Source: Lingula anatina
Taxonomy: Eukaryota; Animalia; Brachiopoda
Direction: 5' to 3'
DNA: 64,000 bases
NCBI GenBank assembly: GCA_051362555.1
Contig: CM120643.1
Location: 25,610,848 to 25,674,847 of the forward strand
Part shown: positions 37,272 to 50,479 of the stretch, piece after piece
Numbering within the stretch: position 1 is the first letter of the stretch
How the letters are laid out: every line of letters starts with the position of its first letter
Program-made: the position numbers and the translations under genes
The notes under the pieces: generated by a model
Database searches by the model: none
Told to the model about the DNA's origin: nothing
The model's input: the letters and a program-made list of their open reading frames with translations, nothing else

Positions 37272-40200
37272 TGCGTGGAACGAGTCACCTTAGAATGACC
37301 TTGGTCATGTAAACAAGTTATTTCATGCGAAGCGTGTAGATTTTATAGAGAATTTAAAACATTCTAGTTTTTGTCTATGAAAATATACCGTTCGACCCGC
37401 ACATTTACAATTAAAAGGAATAACAACGTGCTGTTCGTATGAGATAAATATTTCAAAATGAAAAATTACATTGTAAAGCACACAAAAATGTAATTAGAGG
37501 ATCAGAGAGGCCATACCGCCTCCGGGTATCGTACCACCGGCTGGAGTAAGCGAATTCGTATGGAAAACAAGAAAGGGACACCACCTTCAGTGTAGTGCTT
37601 GACAAGCACTACAAAATGCAGTAAACAAGAGTTCTCAAAATTTTTGTTGAAAATTACAATTTATACCAAAATTATGGGGAAAAGCAAAAGTTCAAATCCA
37701 AATTTGTGAAGTGCAGTTCATGCGAAAAGTAGGTCAAAGATCAATTTCAAGGTTACAGTTATTCAAGTGTAATAGTAACTATGGGTGTATTTCTGCTAAT
37801 TTTGGAGTTATTTCACATTTTATTTTCACCACGAAATATTGCGACGTTGTACTTTTTGATAACCGTATTAAAAAAAACGGACATCACCTGCAGCGTTGAG
37901 CTTGACAAGCTCTATAAAAGCAAAAAACAAGAGTTTGTAGCATTTACGGTTCCAGAATAAGAGAGCGTTTTCTGTTTCGACATTGAATGGCTGCTTCTCC
38001 CGTGAAAATGGGCCGATTGACCCCAAACTCCCGAAGATGAACGAAGTCTCTAATTGTAACTCTCCACTATAATATGAAAGCTTAGGCCTGTGTACTTTCT
38101 GAAAACCGGCACAAATATATACAGGCCCGTAGGCAGGGGGGGGATCGGGGGGTTCGAAAGAACCGCCCCTTTTGCTGGGAAAAGGTCCACTCTGGATAAA
38201 ATTTGATCTAGGAACATGAAGTTTTCATGGGAAAAGGTCCACTTTTTGAGAAAAAGAACCCCCCTTTTGAAATTGCTGGCTACGGGTCTGATATATATAT
38301 GTATATATTTTTTTGCAGAAGCTTACGATTTTTAGAAAGTGGCCCGTTTGACCTTGAAATACAGGTCAAAGGTCAAATCCAAGGGCATATTTGAAATCTC
38401 CACATATGACTTTCAGCAGCCATCAATAGAACTTTTCCCATAATTCCTTCGGATTGAGAGATATTTAGCATTTAATTCTGCAAATTTTGCACAAGGGTAT
38501 GGCCGTCGTCGGATTGCACCTTGTCTAAAATTTGCAGAATTAAATGCTAAATATCTCCCAAACCGGATATAGCTAATTTGATTAGTTTCATTTAACATCC
38601 ACGTGACCGGGCCATTATGTCATCATTGGAAGTTTCCACTATGTACGCTAGGTCATTGGGCCGATTCTAAATGGGAACACGAAACTTCGTGCGTTTCTGA
38701 AGGAATCGAAACAGGATTGGGTCATGTAACATCTGTATTACACGCTCAGATGAAAGGTTTTGTACTGAAGTTTAAAACGGAAACAATGCTAACGTACAAT
38801 TACCCGTTTTCTTCGCCCATCAAAATTTGTGACGAAAAACATTTTTTTTTTTTGTATTTCTCTAGTGTGTTCTAAATGACCCTTGAGATGACCAAAAATA
38901 TGACAATACTATTCTGAGAGCTTTCTTTTCCATAACGTACAGCTACAAAACAGATAAGACTGGAATGTCTGCGTCCCAGATTAAAGCGCTTTTTCAGAAT
39001 CATTTTCGGCTAAGATTTAAAAAGTTCAGAATACACAGCAATGTTTGGAAACGCAAAGTTGTTTGTTATAATAAGACGAATCCATCCCCTTTCACATGAA
39101 AGCACCCCCACTGTAATTCAACACATAGGCATATTTTGACAGACTTTCAAAGATGATAACCCAGTATGGTGGACGTGTAGATATGCACTCGGAACATACA
39201 TTTTGACACACTTGAGAATATTACTGCACTGAATTCCAAAACACGCGCATCTCAGCTATTTCCGCAATCACTATGGTGACATTAACAGACCGTAGTAAAG
39301 GTGATGCCATACGGGCCTAAGAACACCTTTTGTCGTGAATTCCTGTCATAATTTAATAAATTATCTGAACGTACTAAATCTGTGTTCAGATAATTTGCGG
39401 TATCTTGTGATCATGGTCTGTGCCCTGAATACCCCACGGCGTAATTACGGGCAGCGCGAGCCAATTACTTCCAAAGCTGTAATTAATTCTCGGCGCTGCC
39501 AGTAATTATGCCGCGGGGTATTCAGGGCACAGACCGTGATCACAAGATACCGCAAATAGATTTTTAGAAAATAGATTTTTCATGTGAACGCAGCCTTAGA
39601 AGAGGTTTTTACAGGTTTTAGAATCTCAAGTTGAAAAGATCAGTAGCTTTGTACCATGTTTCGTATTACTTTCAGACATATGCACTGCTGACTTTTGAAG
39701 GACAACTGGTCTCTGGTCGACAGGCAATTGTTGCAAATTTGAAGGTAAAATACTTAGGTTTACAAATATGAAGAATGGTTTCAACATCCCTCGTGAGCAT
39801 GTGCAGAGATGCGCAGACTTTCTTTTCGCGAAAATAAATACAGGACATCTACAGCACAATGAGAGACAAAGACACCTTCCACAAACCATTCACACACTGC
39901 AAAAAAAAAAAAGTTCTTACAAATGTTGATTAAAATATTATGCGCAGACTTGGTTATGGTGCCCTTCTCACATTACTAGTTTTTTTTCTAAAAGAATTGC
40001 CCACATTGTTTTCTTGATCAAATAAATTCAGTTATATTTATAATGAAATATAGGATATTAATGAGCACTTATACTAAAAAAATAAGACTTATTAAACGTT
40101 TTCTGTTAATGTATAGGCCTACTATGTTGTCACATCTTTTGTTTCAGGCATTACCTTTTCAAAATATTCAACATACGATTACAACAATAGACAGTCAGAC

Positions 40201-41707
40201 AACCACTGATGGTGGAATAATTACATTGGTTGTAGGACAAATGAAAGTAAGTGGGTTCTTTTATTACCCCCACCCTCAGTGGCGGATTTAGAGGGAGGTC
40301 AGGGGGGGTCCTGCCCCCCCCCCCCTCCTTCGATTTCTGATCACCTATTGAAATTTGGATCCGCCCCTGACCCTTCCTTCTTCCCCATTGTGTAGGGGCT
40401 TTGTGGTCATCATCTCTAACGGTTTTAGTTCAACTTCATTAAAGTCTTAGCATGTTCCTTTTTTTCTCAGATTCGGGGAATTTGATTTTTTGCAGTTTCT
40501 TGGCCGATTTGCATAAATTATCGGATTTCTTCACGTTTCAAACACTTGTCTGAATTTTCTTAAATGGAAAAAAGGCTTGATTGAAACAATTTCTGCACTT
40601 TTAAGGGCCTTTTAGCCGTTCTATGGTCAAAGAAACAACAGGGTATAATGGCATGACTGTATCACGTACTGCGCTAGTAGTCTGTCAGGGGTAAATCCGC
40701 CGATCTTCTGGATCTTACGGAAGACGGTCATATTGTTTACATTGACGTGTATCTAATATTTTCTGTCGGAAGACGGTCAAAACTGGAGGATGGATGAACA
40801 AAGATAATTTGGAAGAGTTTCGGAATATATATGGATCCGCCCCTGTCTGTAACAAAATTTTTATATTGCTGATAATTCATATTATTTTAAAAAGCCCCTG
40901 ATATCAAAGGGTAACCAACTGATGTCATTACACTTGTGACAGCTCTGTAATGTAATTTTAATGTAAAGTACTTTCCACGGGATTTACCTCCTAAAATTAA
41001 TTTTCTTCAACAAAAGGACAAAATTTCCTCCTCGCAAATAATTGCCCAAGCTGTCTCTGCGCTTGGAATTGATGTTGAGAGATGCGTTCGTAATTAATCG
41101 ATCGTTTTAGCTACTACGCACTAATTCCCCAGGGACTCTAAATGAAGCACTGTACCAGGGTGAACCTTCAAAGACGGCTAGCCTCCGTACTCTCGTAAGA
41201 AATTAATGCAGTTAAACACACTTTTAAAAAATGACCAAATTGTTTGAACGGATTCGCTAAATCCACTGGTAACTATGGGAAAATTGTCGTTTACCCCAAG
41301 AAAATCTCTGTTATGACACTTTTCTTAATAAGGCAAGATAAAAATTAGAAAGGTGCCACATCGCAGCAAACTGGTCTTTTGGTATTTTAGTTTTTGAGGC
41401 CTTTTCTTTCACGGGTAAGCACATCCTACATATCAAATTCATTTTATACAGTGCTAACATGTGGAGTGTACCTTGAAAGTAACAAGCTTATAGGCATTTA
41501 TAAACTCATGGCCAGTCATTATAAAAACATTAACGCCCTGTATACACCAAGTATAGTCAGCTTTGTTTTATCAAGCTAAAATTTATAATTCATTATTTAT
41601 TTCAGATTGATGATATGACTCCCATTGCCTTTGTCCGTACATTTTACCTGAAGCCAGCTGTAAATGGGGTTTATGTATTGTTGAACGACATATGGCGACT
41701 AAACTAG
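36859..41707 (+). CDS. NUTF2: NTF2-like paralog A with a signal-peptide-like leader (diverged, C-terminus slightly truncated)
   Basis: Exons 36859-37023, 39676-39744, 40148-40246, 41606-41707: [40 protein letters not shown]...LTFEGQ...LPFQNIQH...VVGQMK IDDMTPIAFVRTFYLK...NDIWRLN*. Internal exon sizes (69/99 nt) match copies B and C. Confidence 0.8.
38122..38290 (-). mobile_element. CAGGCCCGTAG-ended MITE (ATATA TSD)
   Basis: Reverse-oriented copy of 16361-16533. Confidence 0.85.
39393..39595. mobile_element. Truncated copy of the palindromic MITE at 14005-14261
   Basis: Shares GATCATGGTCTGTGCCCTGAATA...TATTCAGGGCACAGACCGTGATC and the right end CATGTGAACGCAGCC-TTA. Confidence 0.8.
40277..40369 (+). 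mobile_element. 93-bp CAGTGGCGGAT mini-element, 5-bp TSD ACCCT
   Basis: TSD at 40272-40276 and 40370-40374; the paralogous NTF2-B intron (~49565-49585) lacks the element. Confidence 0.85.
40686..40845 (+). mobile_element. CAGGGG-ended MITE, 5-bp TSD TCTGT
   Basis: TSD at 40681-40685 and 40846-40850; empty site TAGTAGTCTGTAACAAAA at ~49863-49880 in copy B. Confidence 0.85.
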
Positions 41708-42854
41708 CACAATTATGAGGAAATGGTTGTGTGAAAGCCGAAAAAACACCTGTGCTGAACTGGAGCAGATGAAACTGAATGGATCGTGAAATGGACATTC
41801 CAGAGAAAAACTGTTGTATCCTAAAAGAAGACGATTGTGAAATATAAACTTAAAGCTGCATGTTTTTTTTTTTTACATTTTTGAGATTTGACAAAATATG
41901 ATGAAGTTTATTTGGTACAAAGCTGAGTCATTGTGGAAATGTTCTCTTCACACATACTATATTGTAAAAAATGTGCTGGCATCCATTTGGTGTGTGTGAG
42001 GGTTGCCTTTTAGAGTTTCTCGGTGGAAAATGGAAAATTAAATTTACACAAGAAAATTATTTTGATTGTCGATTTATTATAAATGTCTGATTGAAAATTG
42101 AATAAAGACACCTTTTGCTATGAAGACGGCAGTTGAGTTATTTATTTGAGTCCAACTTTGCTCACTGACAATAAATCCATCTTTGGCATTACCCCTTCAG
42201 TTGTTGTACTCTTCTTACATGAGATCAATTGAGCCATACATGATGCCTTTTGAATGTAATAATTAAGAGATCCGCAAATTTTTTTTCTGTTTGGGAATAT
42301 AATGAAAGCAGTTTCATATGAATAAGGGAATGGATTACCGAACTTTGTGACCAAAGTTTTCTTGTTTTCATCTTTATGTAAATGATTCCAACATATGAAA
42401 AATAGAGGCCACAATTATTTCGTAATCTCCAGAAATATCTGTCAAACTAAATGCTCAAAATTTCAGCACTCTTTTATTCCTAAATTGTTTTCACACACAA
42501 AAAAAAATACAACTTTTAGTGGTTAAGATATTATTTGATAATTCTTTTATACTATATAATTTGCCAGTCTTTGCTCTGTGATCAATTTTATTTTAACATT
42601 CATATAATGTTTAACAAGGGGCACTTGACTAACATTATCAAATAATTGTTCTCATAGTTGAAAGTGTAGAAAAAAAAACATATATTTTAGGTTACCAAAA
42701 TTAACGACAGAGTACAATAATATTATAAATACAAGGTACAGGTAGGTGTTAGCAAATTTGGTCACCAGACGCCTTGCAAGTTATGCAACCAGCTATTTAA
42801 GACAAAATTTAACTGAGCAAATGTGGTGGTGTCATCAAATATGAAGAAACTTAC

Positions 42855-42956
42855 AGCTGTTGATCCCTTTTGAACTGTCTCTTGGACATTTTCCACTTGA
42901 AACAAGTGCCCGTCAGGCGAGAAAACCGTGATTGCACAACCGTAAGTGGATGACAT
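42855..42956 (-). pseudogene. PSMA7: Orphan duplicate of PSMA7 coding exon 1 (plus adjacent intron)
   Basis: [34 protein letters not shown]|GTAAGT versus intact [34 protein letters not shown]; intron homology ~42700-42854 to ~58890-59041; no downstream PSMA7 exons nearby; conserved residues are substituted. Confidence 0.9.
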
Positions 42957-43197
42957 GTTTCTCTATATACAGTAGTACATGTAGCAGCAGATCGGCCGGT
43001 CTCCTCTTTGCGTTTTTCTCCCAAACTACAACGATATCTGTTGACAGGTGTTAGCAATACCTTAGGGCAGTGGGAAAAGAGTGGCCGTCGTTTGAATTTG
43101 CTTATAACTGTTAAAAATATTAATTTTTTAAGGCATTTCTAGCCTTCGGCATTCCCCCCTAAAGCTACGGCATGTGTGGCAGGTACAGTATCATATA

Positions 43198-46100
43198 CGG
43201 TAAAGTGCCATGAATTTCGAACGGCTCTTGAATTTCGAACGATCTTAAAATCGGCCGTCTGGAGTTTTTTCTGGACCATGAATTTCGGCCAGTAAGCAAT
43301 TTTGCGCGATCTTCATTTCGTGAATTTCGTACACCTTAAAATCGGCCACCGGGCTATTCTCGCGCTTATGAAGATCTAACAGTCGGCAATGTTGCCCTAG
43401 CGTACCTTTACCTGAGTACTACGTGTGCGGCCCAAGGTGCAAGATAACGATCAGTACAGTTAGTTAAGGACGCTAACCAACATACCAACATCGTCATATC
43501 CATTCATTCAGATAACAGGAGAATCTATTAAGAGTTGTACTGTCGGGCTGTTGTTTCTTTACCGCAATATTCGGTGTGAGATAGCGATCTGTAGTTTTGC
43601 TGAGGCGCACAATAGCATTGTTAACAGTAGAGACTTCAGTAACAGAACAAAAGAGCAATATTAAGAGCTGCAACAAAGATAACCATTATTGCTTTCTTGT
43701 CTCGCTCAGATCGTTCACGATCTCCAGCTGACGATCTTCCGCTAATGAAGTCCCTTGAAATGTACAATGAAATGAAAAATATTTTTAAAAATTATAAATG
43801 GGGAGGGATGGAGGGTTAAAAACAATCGAGAACGATCTCCGGCTGACGATCTTCCGCAAACGAAAGCCACTGAACGAGTATGAGCTTTCTCGTTTCACTC
43901 GGATTGCGACGCTGACGATACGAAATATGCGTTCTCTTCTCGCCCTTTGGCTTACGAAGTCTCTTTAACAAATATGAAAATTGCCTCCTGGTCTCTCTCG
44001 GATTGCGAACGATCTCTCCCTGAAAATTTGAAATTTTCCTTTTTGTCAATCAGCTTTGTCAGTTGCCGTGCGTATGAAGGTCCGGAAGGTGTCCCCTTTC
44101 ACAAATTGGCCTGTAGTTTGCTTAGTGTTTTGTACCGCATGAAGGTCACTCTTGTCACTGCTGCATACGGCGTGGAATGTGTATCTTAAAGTTCATAGCA
44201 ACATTTTATTGTGTTTTGTAAGCTTTAGGAAGTCGTTTCGTCGTAACTGAATATCAGCGTACACTACAAAGTAGTACCATTCATCTGTGACGCATCATAA
44301 AAGCTAGGTACGTCAAATTACTCTAAGAAAATTTCTTATAACGTCCACGGCTGCCCCGACAAGCCAAGACGTCATTAAAAAAAAGTCGCAGGCCGTCTAG
44401 CCGTCTTTGAAAATACAGGCCGTCCGGTGATGTCAGCGGCCGTCCAAATGACGACTGGACGGTTCGCTTGGAAAAGCCTTGATCATAAGGGTATATTTAT
44501 TTAACTAGGGGCTTACTTACATCACCCAGCTTACATGTGGGTGCATGCCTCATAAAATTATATTAAAGGATAAAATTGTAATATATCTAAGTTTGTTTGT
44601 AAATTTTGTAAAAAATGCCCATGCCACCCCGTTAGTTTGGAGGGTTATGCTGGATCAAGTCCGTGTCAAAATTCTTTGACACTTTGCAGGAAAAGTCAAT
44701 CTTCCTTTGTTTCTCTGGCTCCTTGTTTAGCCCGATGATCAGATTTATCTAGTGCCCCCAGGTCTGCTGGAGCAGCTCTTTGAAAATAACACACAGGTAG
44801 ATTTTTATCTGAGATAAATATCGCGTTCGATACACTCAAGACAAAAGCTACCTGTGAGCTGAAGGGCACTTTACCCTCTAATTAAGAGGTAAAGCAAGTT
44901 CCAGCTAGATGGACGATTAAGATCGGACTTCAGATGGTAACTGTATTGTTTACCTCAGTTCTGTGAAAGCAAACGAAAAGGGGTGTCAGAACAATGGTGC
45001 ATATATAAATTATACAGAGAATTTGTACATTCAGGTGACATTAACTTATAATCGAAGGGGATTTTCGATAATATTCCTTGAAAAGTACACTAGATTTATA
45101 GAGAATAATATCATGGTTGGCCAAAAAATTATATACGCACAGTGTATCCGTGCGTATGCCTGGTTACGCCCCTGTCGCAAACCAGCAAACCATATCCTGC
45201 TGACTACATGAAAATTGCCTTCTAGCATGGACAAAAAGTCCAAGCTTCTATGCTTGCTCGGATCGCTGACGATCTCTTGCTGACGAATATAGTAACGAAG
45301 TCCCTTGAACTAGTGTGGAAATTGGCTTATTGTCGCGCTCAGATCGCTCACTATCTCCCATTGACGATCTTCTAGTCCCTTGAACGAATATAAAAACTGC
45401 CTTTTCGGTTTACTCTAGATTACCTATCTCTCGCGTTTGTTTGAAGATGGTTTCAATGACAAAACGTACACGCTTTTCAAATGCGTACATTGACGCAACT
45501 ATGCGCCAGGAAATCAGTTGATGCTGCTGGTTAAGAATGGGTTGCCTGAGCGAAAAAAAAAAAAAAACGGCCCTGCACCACCCCCCCCCCCCCACACCCC
45601 CCAAACCTAGTATATTTGATCGCAGACAACAATCAGCGGTCATCTTGCTCGCAGCGCACGACGGAGAGAGACCGTAATACACAGTTCGGCTGCCGTGGCG
45701 AAGGCTACCTGTGCGCCGCACATACCGATCTGCGGTCGTAGTGGCCTCCCCGCACGGAGGAGAGGCCGTAGTGCCGAGGCCGGCTTCTGCAGGGAAGGCT
45801 ACGTATGCGTCGGAGACACCGACCCGCGAACGGCGAGATGAGGACACATTCGCGCGTAAAGCTCCACCCGACTTTAACGGTAAAGGCAACGAACCTGGTC
45901 GCGGAAGACTCTTATCGCAGATGAAGGCTACCTGCACGTGCGCCATAGACACTGATCGGCTGTCGTCTCGGTTTCAGTGCACGGAAAGGAGCAACGGTAA
46001 CACTAAGCTTCCAAAGTAAAGGTTATCTGGTCGTGGCAGACGCTAATCGTCGGCCGTCTCTCCCTCCGTCCACTCCCGTTCTGAGCGCCAGGATCGTTTT

Positions 46101-46483
46101 TGAAAAACGACACTAGTTTCTGGCTGCCAGAATCGCTTTTGAAAAACGACACTACTGATAACGATGCTGTTTTGCGGCCCTAGACAACAGTACCGCTCTA
46201 TCTATGGGCCATACACAGTGATCGGGTGAAAGTACGTGTATACCTTTGGTCGCAATTACCGACACTCACACATCATACATTATGGTAACTCTAAATAGAT
46301 CGTCGGGAGAAGATAACAGAAGGCCTAGCGACGAACAGACAACTTCCGGTCAAAATTGACAGAATTCCATGAAATTCGAACTTTCGGAAGTTCTGAGCAC
46401 CTCCATTTCATGAATTTCGGCCAGAACGATCTTTTCCCAAATTTAATTATTTTCTACTGTTCGAAATTCATGGCACATTACCG
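43198..46483. mobile_element. ~3.3-kb non-autonomous Tc1/mariner/pogo-type element (TA TSD)
   Basis: TA-CGGTAAAGTGCCATGAATTTCGAAC ... GTTCGAAATTCATGGCACATTACCG-TA; reiterated GAATTTCG subterminal motifs at both ends; no recognisable transposase ORF. Confidence 0.8.
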
Positions 46484-46822
46484 TATTGTCAGCAACACTG
46501 ACAGTAACACTTATCACAGTCTGCACTCTTTTGTGTAGTAAACTTTTACTGACAAGGGGAATATTTTCAGAAGTTTAAAATTCATTTTTGCCATATAAAT
46601 CAGTAAAGAAAACGTAAGTACATGTACATTTCGTATACTATGAAGTTTACATTTACTTTTGTCATCTCTATTTATATTATCCTTGTCCTGTTGATCGCTG
46701 CAAGCCATTTATCACGTCTAAACCTATCAGCTGGTACTGTGAAGAATTTGTAAGGCCACAATGCTTTAATTTTATGGATGACATCCGCGTACGTATTAAT
46801 TATCCCATTTAAAACCATTAAC

Positions 46823-47296
46823 GGTGTGACTGAAATGCGCAATACATCGCAATACAGCGCAACACAGTGCAATACACTTAAAAAAATCAAATCCAGTTGC
46901 AATTACACAAAAGAAATGACCATTCTTAGCAAAGTAGGGTGATAAAAAAAAAACAACCTATATTACTAGGTAAGTAATATCGTTGATATAACTTAACAAA
47001 TCAGCAAGACTTTTATATTGTCGGGTTGGCAGCCATGTTGGCGAGTGGCTCTTCTTGGATATATTACTGGCCAAGAAGAGCTACTCGCCAACATGGCGGC
47101 TGACCAAACAATGAAAAAATTGTCAAGTTGTATCAGCAATATTAATTACTATGTACGTACTATATTTTTCTTTTATATCACCCTATTTTATTTGAGATTA
47201 CCCTTTCCTGTGTTTACTTGCAACTGGACTTGTGTTATCAAGTGTATTGCGCTGTGTTGCGCTGTTTTGCAGTGTATTGCGCATTTCAGTCACACC
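46823..47296. mobile_element. MITE with long imperfect TIRs
   Basis: GGTGTGACTGAAATGCGCAATAC...GTATTGCGCATTTCAGTCACACC; the inverted repeats extend well inward. Confidence 0.8.
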
Positions 47297-47970
47297 TATC
47301 ACCTATTAAAACTGAGACCAAGGAAATTCAACCAAGTTTCGGACGATAAGATGAAGTGGAGTTGTACAGCGCATCATATTTAAACTGAGAAATAAAATAT
47401 TTCATTGCTTGATTCAACGTCCATTTAACTCTTCTTCTTCCCTGCAGATGACGCGTTTCTGTGCATCAGCCTCCTTTTTAGTTCTGGCACTGCGCAAGTT
47501 TTAAACAGGGCTCCGTAACTCGAAAGCATCACGTATTGCGAATAGCGATATCACATAGAGGCTACAATGTATTATAAAGGACGAGTATGGGCTAGTTATG
47601 GAATCGAGACGCTTGCGCTCGGTCGCAATGCTTTGGAGCTACTGGGCCAGGTTTTGTATACAAGCACCCGGTAAGTCACCCTAACATACCGATGCTTTGT
47701 GTGAACAGCAGAGGACTACAACGACACCTGTTGCGCACCGTTCCTGCCACTCATTTTAACAAAAGATGAAAAACAAATTTATTACTTTCCCCACCTTTAA
47801 TGATCATGTTTTCGACCATCAAAACCGCAGCTAGAATATATGGGAGCATCCGCTTACGCTATACCAATTCACATTATCATAAAAACTGGCAAATTATTCT
47901 GCATATAACAAAAGCCCTATTGTGCGCGCGCATGAAAATGCTACGTGGACTAGCTATCTGTAAATTAAAT

Positions 47971-50479
47971 ATGGCCCAAAGACGACAAGCCGCGTTTTTA
48001 ATCCTTTTCATCTGTCTTATGTTGGACCCTAGGTTTGACGTGGGTGTGTGTCAGGGGGCACCGATAGAAAGCATTGCTACGACTTTCCTTACCAATTATT
48101 TCAACACGTTTGACAGTTCAAGAGCAAACGTTGGTCCGTTTTACCACGTGAGTATATTGAACATACTGGACATACTGAGCTTTTGACACGCTTGAGAATA
48201 TTACTGCACTGAATTCCAAAACACACGTACCACAGCTATTTCCACTACCACTACCACTAGTGACATTAAAAGATTGTAATAAAAGTGTCACGATACGGGC
48301 CTTAGAACACATGTTGCATTAATTCCTGTCTTAATACAGCAAATTATCTAAAGCCACGCCTCTCACCCTCCTCACAATATTGACATTTGTTTCAGAAATC
48401 TAGAACGTCACGAAAAGATTATCACTGCCGATTTGCATGAAACTAATGACGTCGTCAAACATTAAGTTCAGGAAAGTGCATCTTTTCGCCCAAGTATTAA
48501 GAGCGAAAACAAGCTCTGAACTATTCACAAATTCGACACAAAATTAAAAATAGGAGACCATTGCTATTCTATTTAAAACTTGGAGGAGCGGTCCAAATTG
48601 CAGGTTGCACCATCTACTTTAATAAATAATAATAATAATTTTATTGAGCATTAAAATGTGTACAGTTACATTTTACAAGCTCTCTAAACTACAGTTTTAC
48701 ATAAATTGTAATTGTATACACTTAAATAAGTATAACTTCTTTAGATCATTCCATTGCCAAATGTAAGCTAACTACTTCATTCATATAGCTGACAATAGTA
48801 AACAAACTTTAATGCGTAAATGGCGCAAGGTCACGCCGTAGAATGAACACTGATGATTTGATGCAGCAACTAGATTGAAATGCACCTTTAAATTTTTTTG
48901 AAAGTGACCCCCTCCCCCGTCTTCCTGTACATTTCAGAAGGAACTGACAAGGTTTTTAACAGTTTTTAGAGTCTCAAATGGAAAAGATCAGTAGCTTTGT
49001 TGAATGATTAGATACAAAAAGTGACTTTGAGAAGTTTTCAAATGTGCAGTGTGCGTCCAAACTTACCCATGTTTTGTCTTACTTTCAGGCAGATGCACAG
49101 CTGACTTTTGAGGGACAGCCGTTTTCTGGCCCACAAGCTATTGTTGCAAAATTCACGGTAAAATACTTAAGTTTACTTGTATATATGGTTTGAACATCCC
49201 TCGTGATCATGCGTAGTCAGAGATGCAGACTTGGTGCCCTTTTCACATCACTAGTGTGTGTGTGTATGTGTGTCTGTGTGTGTGTGTGTGTGTCTGTGTT
49301 GCGTAGTCTATTACCCACATTGTTTTTCTCCATCAAAAAATCTTTTGTAATTAAATATATTTACTGAGCACTAATATTAAAAGAATATATACTCCTAAAT
49401 CTTGCTTGTAAATGTTTACTATGCTGGCACATCTTTTGTTTCAGTCATTGCCTTTTCAAAAGATTCAGCATTCGATTACAACAATAGACAGTCAGGCGAC
49501 AGTTGATGGTGGAATTATTACATTGATTGTAGGAAAAATAAAAGTAAGTTGTGGGTTCTTTTTATTACCCCCACCCTTCCTTCCTCTTCCTCCTTCCTCT
49601 TTGTGGTCATCAGTTTTGGTTCAACTCCATTGAAACCTGGTTCCTTTTTTCAGATTTGGGGGTTTGATTTTTTGTAGTGATTCATGTCCAATTTGACTAA
49701 GTTATCAAATTTCTTTACATTTCAAACACTTGTCTGAAATTTCTGAAATAGATAAAAGGTTTTATTTAAATAATTCCTGCACTTTTTAAGGGTCTTTTAA
49801 CCTTTGACTGCTCTTTGCTGAAACAACAGGGAATAATGACATGACTGTATCACATACAGTGCTAGTAGTCTGTAACAAAATGTTTATATTGCTGATATTT
49901 CATATTATTTTAAGAAGTCCCTGATATCAAAGGGTAACCAACTGATGTCATTACACTTGTGACAGCCATGTATATTTTAATGTAAGGTACTCTTTTAAAA
50001 TTAATTTTCCTCGAGAAAAGGGCAAAATGTCCTCCTCCAAATAATTGCTTAACCTGTCACTCCACGTGGATTTGATGTTTAAGGATGTGTTCACAATTAC
50101 TAGTACTGTCTCATACTGGGCATTAACTCCCCATGGGCTCTTAACTGAAGCACTGTGCTTAAACCAGATGGATCTTCATAAACAGCTGCCCTCCATAATG
50201 AATTATTTTGTGCAAACGTGGAGAATACCTTGAAAATGACAAGCTTAGGCATTTATAAATGACCAGTCATTAAAAACATCAGTGCCCTTCAGTACACATA
50301 TCTGTACACATCAAGTAAAGTCAGCTTTGTTTATCAAGCTGAAACATATGTTTTATTTATTTCAGACTGACGATGATCCTATTCATGGCTTCACTCAGAT
50401 ATTTCACCTGAAGCAAGAAGGTGACGGTCTTCTAGTGGTTAATGATTTATTTCGACTAATCCTGAACAATTCAGATTAA
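47971..50479 (+). CDS. NUTF2: NTF2-like paralog B with a signal-peptide-like leader (intact; alternative in-frame ATG at 47932)
   Basis: Exons 47971-48147, 49089-49157, 49445-49543, 50366-50479: [152 protein letters not shown]. Confidence 0.88.

Noticed and set aside
37040-39190. Insert in NTF2-A intron 1 with TGACCTTGA..GGTCAA motifs and a ~100-bp palindrome (38457-38559), possibly Helitron/Helentron-derived
   Set aside because: It is absent from copy B, but I could not define its ends or class from sequence alone, so it is not called as a feature.
45410-46019. Overlapping GC-rich ORFs (180 aa minus, 102 aa plus)
   Set aside because: No recognisable domain, one spans homopolymer runs, and both lie inside a TIR element; openness is explained by GC content.
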